64,000 bases of DNA from Eledone cirrhosa (Eukaryota): assembly GCA_964016885.1 (NCBI GenBank), contig OZ024745.1, positions 14,632,001-14,696,000 on the forward strand, in the 5' to 3' direction. Below the pieces are notes generated by a model that worked only from the letters and a program-made list of their open reading frames with translations, did no database searches and was not told where the DNA came from. Positions 52,453 through 64,000 of this stretch are shown here, piece by piece. Made by a program: the position numbers and the translations under genes. Position 1 is the stretch's first letter. Each line of letters opens with the position of its first letter.

Positions 52453-53077
52453 AAATGTGACGTAAAAATATGTAAGAGGAATCATAAATTAAGGGAATAG
52501 GAACATTGATACTACAGCAAATATTTATATAAAATATATAAACCACACAGAACAAGCTAGCAATGTAGCCTCTACACAGTCACTAAACCAGTTGAAAATA
52601 ACAGCCAAATATTCCTCAAACACCTTAAAGACTTATGAAAAGTAGACACTGAACAATGTAGTCAGTGCTTCAATAAAGTTAAAAGAAAGACGAGAAAGTC
52701 ACAACCAGAATGCCAATGATTATAGCTATATTCAGTCAGAGCTGACTTGAAGGATTGACAACAACCAGGTAGTGTTATTTTGTGGCCTTGAATATGTGAC
52801 GGTCATGTGATTCAGAATAAATACTTTAAATATTTAATTTGAATACATATTTTGTGGTAAAGTAAATAGATCCGAATCACAGTGATTTCCAGCCAGGAGC
52901 TACCTCCTACATGGGGTCGCCAAGAGACATAGGAACGGTACTTGAAAGCAAGTGACAGATAGGGGTCGTCATAAGGCAAAGAATAGTGAAGAAAAAGGCA
53001 AAGAATACAAATTGTCAGTTGCTCGTAAAATTGTCACCGTTATTTTTTAAATAAATGCTTCATTAAATGGAATGGAC

Positions 53078-53330
53078 GTAGGCATAGCTGATTAGTTAAG
53101 AAGTTCACTTCTCAATCATAACGTTCCAGGTTTTAATCCCACTGCGTTAGGCCTTAGGTAAATATGTTTACTCTAATTACATATTGAATCAAGCCTTATC
53201 ACATATTGTGTTATGTTGCTTTGGCTTGGGAATTGTGATAAGGGTACATGTATCTAAGGAATACTCAGAAACTGACAGGTTAATTCCTGATCTGAATCTT
53301 CAGATCGACGGAGGATCCATTATCATCAAA
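53078..53330 (+). mobile_element. Degenerate tRNA-derived SINE
   Basis: gtaggcatagctgattagttaagaag..ggttttaatccc; the 3' part resembles 7240-7340. Confidence 0.5.
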
Positions 53331-53929
53331 TTAAATGAAATTATTTTTATTAAAAATTAATGTTCAATGTATGAATTTTGCTCAACTATACGGTGGTGAC
53401 TGTGGGTGTGTGTATGGGGAAATATATTCTATAAATAAAGAAAAGAAGTTTGGTAAACTCTAATTTAGACCTGAATAAAACACTAACATTATTCTTAAAT
53501 CCGTATTAATTTCTCCTTTCTTGAGATATATTGTTTTAAACGTGTTTATTTTAAGGTAGTAGGAACATAATTGAATTTCCTGGAGTTATAAAGTAATATG
53601 ATAGTCAGAGAAATTATAAGTTTTCAGTAACTCAGTGATAGATATCGCTCGAGACGCCGCGGGTGCTTCTTACAACTGACTAATGGATGAACAAAGTGAA
53701 TTATCAACTGTTAACCAAATTTCAATTAGTTTTCCCTGCTCTAGTGTTCCACACCTTACAGATTCAATTTCTCTTAACAATTCTCTATAAATGAAACTAT
53801 GCATTTGAACTGCACTAAAAGCTACTACTTATTCCCTTTTAGGTGGTTCACAAGCTGATTGGTATTTATATTTTGCCATGATTTTCGCCACACACGCACG
53901 AATACACATACACATTATACACGTACACT

Positions 53930-53973
<44 letters not shown>

Positions 53974-55088
53974 CGCTTCAATTTCCTTTCCTGTAGCAAG
54001 AACTATTATCAAATGCTTCAAAAGAAATAATGAAATTAGATTTGATGTCTTGTAGAAAAATTTATTAAAGTACTTCATGAAGTATGGAAGCTTACATGAC
54101 ATGACGTCGTTACAGAAGACGAAAAGAATCAAATTATTCCGAAGTAATGCATATATTTTATCTATGATGTTAGCGACGTCAATTATAGGAGCTGTTGCAA
54201 GTGATTTAGAAACTTCTAGCCATATTAAAGCGAAATAGATAACGTCTTTTGGAAGTTTTCCAACCCACAACTGTATTCGCAAATCAAAGTGAAAACCTAT
54301 TACTTTTCATAATTATATTTTGCATTTCTAAAACTAAACACATATATTTGTCATATATTTTCAATCTGAAAATTGATCTGTAATTTTTAGTCTTGTTTCC
54401 TCACTCTTTCAACAAATTGGTAATAATTCTTCCTGCACTAGGTATTATATTAAAGAAAGATCTCCATTTTCTGATCGACCATTTATTAAATTGTAAGAAA
54501 GCAGATTAAACACATGAAGAAATTACTTTGAATGAGCCATTGACTATATTTATTCTCGTAAATCAGATAGTACCGATTCAAATTTGAAGTAGCTCTTATT
54601 CGCAATATTATAAAACATTTTTATATTTCTGTATTTATATTTTTTATGTGTTAGTTAGTATTTAAATATTACACATATAGCTACACATGTGTCCATTGAA
54701 GTAGTATCATCATTACATACTTCAAATAAGAAAGCAGAGCAGTGAAACAAATCTAAGAGAATCATCTATAAATTAGCAATTAAACTGTTTCTTTTATTTT
54801 CAATCTGTGTTAGCAATTTTCCTAAAAATGGCGGAAAGCCATTTACGAACATATATGATTGTTCTAAATATAACGTAAATACTAGCTTCATAGTGAATGA
54901 GTATTCTAAATTTGCCTTAGAAACACAGTTATTACAACCTTGCCTAGAGCATAATATATAAGAAAACGTCTATTATATATTCATAATAGACGCACACACA
55001 TATTAACATATACGCTCACTAATCTCTCTTTCCCCTCTAAATGTGTGTATACACATATATGTATATATATGTATACATATATATATGT

Positions 55089-55126
<38 letters not shown>

Positions 55127-55150
55127 TATATATATATATGTGTGTGTGTC

Positions 55151-55209
<59 letters not shown>

Positions 55210-55954
55210 TAAACGTTATAATCAGTTTGCATCATTCCCCAATTTATACAATCCGCCTCTTAACCAGTATTCACCAGAAAGGTTCCTTAGAATAACATCT
55301 ATCTGAGGCTTACTTTCAAACTTCATGCACCCTTAATGTATTCTTATCCTTAGAAACTGTGAAAGATTTGTTAATATTCCGAATATTATCAACGGCCTTT
55401 GTCTGATATGAGATTTTTCTAAGATGACTGACCGCCTATGTCCTCTGTTCTCCTTTAACCATATATCCCCTACATGTACACTCTCTGGCCAAAGTCTTTC
55501 GCATTGAACGAAGATAACATTTCCTTATCCATAGCCACACAAAGCCTAAACTGCGCGAGCCAAGAACGGAGCTACTACATGTTCACGTGGCCTACTGGAA
55601 ATAACAAGCAAATATGATTATCTATATTAATGATGGCGCGAGCTGGATGGTGTGTCTTTAATCATAAGGTTGCTCCGATCAGATATGCTCTGGGACTATC
55701 AACAATAGCAATTATAACAACAATAACAGCAACATTCGTGTACCTTAATACTAGAAAGTATTGTTTGCACGTGTATGTAGGATAATGTCATAGCTACCCA
55801 GGGATACTGAGCAACGTTCACATCTTCTTAACAAAATAAGAACAGAATCCTCCATTACGGAGCTACCAACTCGTTCTTCCTTTCATCATCAATACTCTGT
55901 CTACACCCTATCCCTAACCCATCCTTCCTTCACAAATCATCATCACTCTGGTAT

Positions 55955-56105
55955 GTGAAGGCACATGGCTTAGTGGTTAGCGCATTCGGTTTGCAATCGA
56001 AAGGTTGTGAGTTCAATTCTCGGACCGGGTGATATGTTGTTTCCTTGATCAAGACACTTTATTTCACGTTGCTCCAGTTTACTCAGCTGTAGAAATGAGA
56101 TGATA
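55955..56105 (+). mobile_element. tRNA-derived CORE-like SINE
   Basis: tggcttagtggttag, gagttcaattc, ccttgatcaagacactttatttcacgttgctccag. Confidence 0.72.
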
Positions 56106-57086
56106 GGACTGGGGTCCCTATCATTAAATCACCCAAGACACCTCCAACGAGATATACCTTAGAGGAGGCCAGCTAAACCTGCATAGGTGTGAGCTGTCAC
56201 ACACACACACACACTCTGGTATGCTCTCTTTACGTATGTTTTTCCTGCACTCATCGGCAGCTCTTTTGTCAAGATCTACACCCCTCCACATCAAAGGAAT
56301 ATCTGCCCGTAATTGGAAGTACTCTAAACATTCAAGAGTATCCAAAATTGATCAGGGACTGTTGAAAGCAGTAGAGTGTACAGTAACATGTGATGAGCAG
56401 AGGAAACTAAAGAAAAAAAACGGTTGTATAATGGATATTCTAAAAAGTTAGTTCGACATAGAAATGTTCTCATTGTTAAATAACAAAACTGGAGACGATT
56501 AAAGATGCGATGTTATATGAATAGAGTATCTATCAAATAGATGTTATAGCAAATCTAGTTAAAACGTTTTGGCAATATATAGCAGGATAACGTCCCTTTG
56601 TTCCATAGCTTTCAGAAGATTGATACTATATAGTGAATTATCCTCAACTACAAACCTACCACATAACAATAACATGGGAAAGAAATCCAATCGCAGTGAG
56701 GTATAGCTTTAGAAAGACATAAAATAATATGGAGATGTCAAAGTAAACCATTATTAAGTAATATCCATGTAGTACGTATATGATTCATATCCTTCTGTGA
56801 CATGAATTCATGCTGTTTACTTAATATAGCATTATATATTAATCTCATGCGATATATTTTCAATTTACTATCTGTAAAGAAACTGTATTAAACTAGACAC
56901 TGGATCACATATCCGGTTATTAAATATTTTCACTTTATTCATACTGGTTATACAACCATTGATGTTCTGTGCTCATATTCGAGTGTCTACCATAGTTAAT
57001 ATTGATAATGTAATTATTAAGAAAGTTTGGTAGGCTTAACGTGAGCTATTATAGTTAAGTGCTAAGAGTAATCAATTGGATGATAT

Positions 57087-57161
<75 letters not shown>

Positions 57162-57217
57162 GAAACAAAACAAACACAGGGATGATATTAGGTTTACGCT
57201 TATATATATATTATATA

Positions 57218-57310
57218 CAGGGTGTCCCAAAAAATGTATACACAATTTGATTACCTGTACAGGTAATCTTTATTAGAATACTGTTGAAGTGTGTATACAT
57301 TTATTTGTGA

Positions 57311-57315
<5 letters not shown>
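57218..57315. mobile_element. Tc1-like MITE of about 100 bp
   Basis: ta|cagggtgtcccaaaaaatgtatacaca ... tgtgtatacatttatttgtgacatc. Confidence 0.7.
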
Positions 57316-57372
<57 letters not shown>

Positions 57373-57753
57373 TGTGTTTTTCTTTCCGGTGGACAGGCAC
57401 ACACTAGCCACGTTAATTTTTTTTTATTTCTAATAATGCTATAATGTCTGGAATTTGTAAAGCGTCCATTAATGGGCCTGAACTAATTTTGTTCTTTATG
57501 TAAAAATCTCTTTTACTGGTTCTTTTTCATATTTTCTCCATCAATACAGATATTTCTAAATTATGTAGTGTGATTTTCTAAATCACTGTTGAATTACTTT
57601 TATGAAACGCTGTTTACATGAGGCCTTATTATAGATTATTTGCCAGCGTTCTCTGCATTGATTTGAGAATGTACTGAATTTCTGAAGTGACCAAAGATGT
57701 AGTTTTTATTTTCATTTGAAGTTCTGCTTTTGTTATAATCAATATTATCGGTT

Positions 57754-57785
<32 letters not shown>

Positions 57786-58940
57786 TGAATAAATAAGATA
57801 AATAAAATAAAAAAATTCAATTTATTATTTGAATTCGGAGTTTCAAAGGATATAAATAAGAAATATAAATAACATATTGAAAATTATTTTATTACTCCAT
57901 TAATAATTAATTTGAATATTATCAATTTAGTTGGAAAAATAGAGATAAATGATACCTAGTGAAATTTTAAGTTGTTATTTGAATGAACGCTTAGGCTAGA
58001 TATAATATAAAATAGTAATCTAAATGTAATGAATGTTTTATAATGTCAACCTCATAGATGAAACTGTGTGGTGGGTTTAGTTATATCTACGTGAGGGTTA
58101 GGAATTACTAGGGAGGATATGTGTAGTTGGTAACATAACAGTCTGTTAATTCACTCGTTTCACCTCCAAAGATAATGAAAGATTTATAACAATAGTACGA
58201 GGACACATAGAGATTAATAATGGACATTTGAAATTGAAATACAGTACAGGTGAAATATATTGGAATGGAGAGGAGTGAATACATCAGGGAATTAATTTGG
58301 CTGTAGCACATTTACTGAAGCCGGGTGTGTATTACTACAAAACACTTTCATATCTCATTCCTCTCTCATGCATGCATAAGGGAGTCTAGGGATCCCCTAT
58401 TGACACATAGAGGTTCTAGGGCATTTTAAAATATGGCAGAGCTCAATTCTCTCCAGGTCTGAATACAGAGAATGATGGTGAGTGAGAGAATGAAGTAAGA
58501 GATATAAAGAAAGAATTGAAACAAGTACGCTTCTTTCAAATCTAACATTGCTTGTATCTCTTTCTTATTCTGTCATATTTTGAACAAGAAATGTTGGTCA
58601 AAGGTGTGCTACGCCGTCATTTTTCATAATGTCTTCTATATCTACGGCTGTCAGTCTGTATTTTTCCGCATGTCTCTATGAATACTTGCGAGTTTATTTG
58701 CATCTATAAACTGCATGTATCTACATCAACCTTGTTAGGCCAAATATTGTATGTTTGTACTGTTGTTTCTTTCGTATCGTCTCTCAATGCCTCATAAAAA
58801 TCATCAATACTTGGCTTATACTCCTCTCTGTTACCACATTGTCGATGTTGCACCCGAAGGGCAAGTTTTGGGGTTTTCTCGGTAGAAGAGCTTTTTACAT
58901 AAGATGACTTTTCGATTTTATTATTATTAAAAATATATGT

Positions 58941-59136
58941 AGGGCGGTGGATTGGCAGTATCGATAGAGGGTCGGCCGCCATGCTTTGAAGCATAGAGTT
59001 ACCACCCTTTATGATCTGAGTTCAAATCCCGCCGAGGTTAACTTTGCCTTTCATCCTTACAGGATCGATAACATAAAGTACCAGTAATACACTGGATAAT
59101 TGCTTGCCTTGTGCCAAAAGTAGAAACAATTATTAT
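58941..59136 (+). mobile_element. tRNA-derived SINE (Meta-like)
   Basis: Box A/B, core and tail. Confidence 0.88.
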
Positions 59137-59669
59137 TCAAAATATTATTATTATTATCGTTTTATATAAAGTAATAATTATTAATTTATTCAAGTATTCG
59201 GTCTATATGATAAGCTATATGCATCGTTAGCTTATTCTACACACTATTTATCACAACATTGTGAAATGACATAAAATTAATTCTATCTAATTTTTTCTGT
59301 ATGCATGCAGCTGAAGTTCTCCTTCACATTCTCTCGTTCATTCGTTGCGACTTTCAAAATTTTGAATATGATATTTTGAAGTGTTGATTTCTACGTCAGA
59401 AAATCTTAAAAATAACAACTTTCCGAAGATACCTTGACAGGGTGAAAACAAGGACTCTGTGCTTAAAATTATAATTTATTCAAATATGTGCATTCAATAT
59501 TGTTTCCCTACTTCCAAAGAATTTTCCCCTGAAAACGGAATAATTTTTCCAATATTGGTTATTTTAATGTATTGACATAATTAATACTGTTTTTTAATTC
59601 CTGAAACCGCAGTTGGGGATTGAATTACGAGTAAAACTGACTTAGTATAGTTTGTCTAGCTTAAATTAA

Positions 59670-59732
<63 letters not shown>

Positions 59733-60003
59733 TAATTTAATATATCAACTAACATAAGCGCACAGATGCACGCCCATGCCAGCAAATACACAGGTTATGT
59801 CATAGTACCTAGGTGGTTCAATGCAGGAGAATGCAGAACAATAATATAAAGGACGTAAAATAAGAAAATATTTTTTTAAAAAAAATTTAAAAATTCGGTA
59901 CATAGAATCCAGTCCTCGCAAGCTGTTCGATCTACCGAATTATTATTATTTTTATATGAGCCGCCAGTGTCCGCGCATTGCCTGGAGACTTAACTGAGAA
60001 TAG

Positions 60004-60085
60004 ACTCCCTGATGACGCAATGAATTCTCGACAGTTGGATTACGTAACTGTCTTTATCCCATTGCAGAAACTAATTAGTTGGAGT
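60004..60085 (+). ncRNA. Type I hammerhead ribozyme, copy 1
   Basis: actcc CTGATGA c-gcaatg..gacagtt/aactgtc..cattgc-a GAAAC taatta GTT ggagt. Confidence 0.82.
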
Positions 60086-60568
60086 GAAAATTTAAGTAAG
60101 AAAAAAATTTTTTTTTTTTTTTAAATTTAAAAAAAAAAAATATTTTCTTATTTTACGTCCTTTATATTATTGTTCTGCATTCTCCTGCATTGAACCACCT
60201 AGGTACTATGACATAACCTGTGTATTTGCTGGCATGGGCGTGCATCTGTGCGCTTATGTTAGTTGATATATTAAATTATCTATATTTATCTCCAAATCAC
60301 TGATTTGTCGAGCAAACTTGTCAAAACCACTTCTAAAAAAATTTTTTTTGGGGTGTTAGTAGGCGTCAGTCATCTTACCATCCCATTCCTTCTAACTAGC
60401 CTCTGTGTCACGTGATTGATTCTTTAGAATCGGCCATTTGACTTGAAGCAGTGAGAATTTCGGTACATAGAATCCAGTCCTCGCAAGCTGTTCGATCTAC
60501 CGAATTATTATTATTTTTATATGAGCCGCCAGTGTCCGCGCATTGCCTGGAGACTTAACTGAGAATAG

Positions 60569-60650
60569 ACTCCCTGATGACGCAATGAATTCTCGACAGT
60601 TGGATTACGTAACTGTCTTTATCCCATTGCAGAAACTAATTAGTTGGAGT
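60569..60650 (+). ncRNA. Type I hammerhead ribozyme, copy 2
   Basis: Identical to 60004-60085 and 565 nt downstream. Confidence 0.82.
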
Positions 60651-60728
60651 GAAAATTTAAGTAAGAAAAAAATTTTTTTTTTTTTTTTTTTAAATTTTTT
60701 TAAAAAAAATATTTTCTTATTTTACGTC

Positions 60729-60831
<103 letters not shown>

Positions 60832-61151
60832 TGTTTCTACTTTTGGCACAAGGCCAGCAATTAACCAGTACATTACTGGTACTTTATTTTATGGACCCTG
60901 TAAGGATGAAAGGCAAAGTTAACCTCGACGGGATTTGAACTCAGACCGTAAAGGGAAGTAACTATATATATAAATAACGAAGGAAGTATGGTAAGGAACC
61001 AGGTGGACCATAACGCACCAGAGTACTCGATACTTAGGGTAGTAGAGTGGGTAATAGGAAAAGAGTCAGGTCACCGACGGCCGAGCTCAGTCCAGAAAAA
61101 GGCGTCGAAACGGCTTGAGCTCCGCCGTCGGGGTCCTCACTCTTTTCCTAT

Positions 61152-61209
<58 letters not shown>

Positions 61210-61257
61210 TTTGAAAGGGTGAAAGCAAAGACTTTGTATTTTAACTTATAATTTGTT

Positions 61258-61289
<32 letters not shown>

Positions 61290-61595
61290 GCTATGGAAAC
61301 AATTAAAACAACTAGACATCGAAGAGGAAGCTGTAAATGAATCCCCAAAACAAGAATATTATAATATTACCTATGATATATTGGCATCTGCTAATTATTT
61401 TAATTATTAAATTATCGCTAGTATAAGGTTGTTAATCTGGAATTATGTTCCTGATATTCCTGATAAAACGAATCAACTCTCAACAGTAAATTTATCCAGC
61501 AATATTAATTACGAAATATCCTTTATATCAGCAGCTATTTTAATTACATTATTATTTTGATTACGTATATTAACATTTGGCATGTTTTACAACAA

Positions 61596-62233
61596 GGTGA
61601 ATGGAAAGTCGAATATATCAACCCCATTCGAATATCAATAGGCCAAGTCTTTACAGTGTGTCAGAGGATTAGTGTCCAGGGTTTAGGAAGGGAGAGGCAG
61701 CAGGGCGATCAGAGGAGTATAGGCTACTGTGTAATCTCTTGCTGGAAGATGTGTCCTCCTAGTTATTTCTAAGGAGGAGAGGTAGGTTGGAGAGGGCGTT
61801 GTAGTAGATCTGAGAAGGATCAAGTAAAGAAACAATTTATCTGCATGTGACTGGAGATTGAATCGTTGCCGATCAACCACATGCCTCTCCTTTGTTCTGT
61901 CCTACGCCATCTTGTTTACAAAAACAAGATGGCGTAGGACAGAACAAAGGAGAGGCACAAAACAAAGAAAAGAATCCCCAGTTACTGAAGAGGTCACAGA
62001 ATGTGTGACGAAAGAACTTTGACAATATATGAACAACCGTCCGGTTATGGAACCAACCAACCAACCGGAAATTTATAAATTCTTAAATTTATAAATTTAA
62101 CTTATAATAAATTGGAGTGAAAGCCATTGGTGCGTGTGTTTCTTATTGGCAACATGACCCTCCCAAAGCATAACAATATCGGTTTCAACAAACATTTTCA
62201 GATAAAGAATCTTGCTAAACAAATCCAGAAACG
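61596..62233 (+). mobile_element. PLE-like insert between the duplicated blocks, with a 36-bp fold-back and a hammerhead-like motif at 61980-62102
   Basis: Hairpin 61882-61917/61922-61957. agtta CTGAAGA ggt..accg GAAA tttataaat..atttataaa TT taact, then AATAAA. The tail attggcaacatgaccctcccaaag also occurs on the minus strand at about 46164-46199. Confidence 0.65.
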
Positions 62234-62757
62234 AAATATTATTATTATTGTTTTATATAAAGTAATAATTATTAATTTATTCAAGTATTCGGTCTATATG
62301 ATAAGCTATATGCATCGTTAGCTTATTCTACACACTATTTATCACAACATTGTGAAATGACATAAAATTAATTCTATCTAATTTTTTCTGTATGCATGCA
62401 GCTGAAGTTCTCCTTCACATTCTCTCGTTCATTCGTTGCGACTTTCAAAATTTTGAATATGATATTTTGAAGTGTTGATTTCTACGTCAGAAAATCTTAA
62501 AAATAACAACTTTCCGAAGATACCTTGACAGGGTGAAAACAAGGACTCTGTGCTTAAAATTATAATTTATTCAAATATGTGCATTCAATATTGTTTCCCT
62601 ACTTCCAAAGAATTTTCCCCTGAAAACGGAATAATTTTTCCAATATTGGTTATTTTAATGTATTGACATAATTAATACTGTTTTTTAATTCCTGAAACCG
62701 CAGTTGGGGATTGAATTACAAGTAAAACTGACTTAGTATAGTTTGTCTAGCTTAAAT

Positions 62758-62812
<55 letters not shown>

Positions 62813-63136
62813 CTGTTTCTACTTTTGGCACAAGGCCAGCAATTAACCAGTACATTACTGGTACTTTATTTTATCGACCCTGTAAGGATGAAAGGCAAAG
62901 TTAACCTCGACGGGATTTGAACTCAGACCGTAAAGGGAAGTAACTATATATATAAATAACGAAGGAAGTATGGTAAGGAACCAGGTGGACCATAACGCAC
63001 CAGAGTACTCGATACTTAGGGTAGTAGAGTGGGTAATAGGAAAAGAGTCAGGTCACCGACGGCCGAGCTCAGTCCAGAAAGAGGCGTCGAAACGGCTTGA
63101 GCTCCGCCGTCGGGGTCCTCACTCTTTTCCTATATA

Positions 63137-63195
<59 letters not shown>

Positions 63196-63243
63196 GCTTT
63201 GAAAGGGTGAAAGCAAAGACTTTGTATTTTAACTTATAATTTG

Positions 63244-63282
<39 letters not shown>

Positions 63283-63596
63283 GTATATATATATATATAG
63301 CTATGGAAACAACTAGACATCGAAGAGGAAGCTGTAAATGAAACCCCAAAACAAGAATATTATAATATTACCTATGATATATTGGCATCTGCTCATTATT
63401 TTAATTATTAAATTATCGCTAGTATAAGGTTGTTAATCTGGAATTATGTTCCTGATATTCCTGATAAAACGAATCAACTCTAAACAGTAAATTTATCCAG
63501 CAATATTAATTACGTAATATCCTTTATATCAGCAGCTATTTTAATTACATTATTATTTTGATTACGTATATTAACATTTAACATGTTTTACAACAA
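62234..63596 (+). repeat. Local duplication, copy 2 (empty (TA)n site at about 62760-62810)
   Basis: Direct comparison with 59140-61595. Confidence 0.92.
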
Positions 63597-64000
63597 TCAG
63601 TTAATTATGATGTTCCGTTGTCATATTAGATAAATAAATAAATACATATGTAAGCATGAGCATATAATTATTTCTATATATTTCTCTATGCATTCATATA
63701 CTAATATTAACATGTACAAAGCAAGCTGCTTTTCTAAAAATACTTGAATAGGTTTATCTAATTATGTGTTTGAATAGAAGTTAGATGTAAACTTTATGAA
63801 ATTGAAACAATAGACATGGAGATGTCTTTCTATAAGTATTCACATTTCGTGTTAATTATTCGCTCCCATCTTCTCAATTATAATTCGCATTTCTACAATG
63901 CTTGAATATTAGTTTATAGCATAGAAACAACAAGGTATAAAGATATGCCACGAAAGTATTTTTATTGACGCACTTCAGGTTCTACACCTTAATTACTCTC

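Noticed and set aside
53962-54282. 106-aa ORF and a plus-strand acceptor near 53996
   Set aside because: No motif, a non-ATG start, and no partner exon.
58560-58870. Protein-like minus-strand stretch (..EEYKPSIDDFYEALRDD..)
   Set aside because: Short and unassignable, and the ORF start lies inside a SINE.

Overview
AT-rich, microsatellite-laden eukaryotic DNA with no confidently identifiable host gene. The SINE and microsatellite make-up suggests an octopus or other coleoid cephalopod (inference). The window is almost all retroelements. It holds a near full-length Tx1-like (L1 group) LINE at about 21-5645 plus a 5'-truncated relative, a degraded R4/Dong-type non-LTR element, RTE fragments, two Penelope-like (PLE, GIY-YIG) remnants, more than 20 tRNA-derived SINEs and two Tc1/mariner MITEs. 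The hidden signal is a dense population of type I hammerhead ribozymes (about 18 motifs read by eye, in roughly ten sequence families). They sit in PLE pseudo-LTR-like inserts with inverted ends, mostly inside (TA)n tracts. Two are non-coding, longer-than-unit-length, hammerhead-bearing modules: a highly structured 467-nt unit at 35.2-36.2 kb (with a diverged, circularly permuted relative at 36.8-37.1 kb) and a 565-nt unit at 59.7-60.7 kb. They look like genomic copies of retrozyme or viroid-like circular RNAs mobilised by PLE machinery. All folds and alignments were done by eye and none has been computed.
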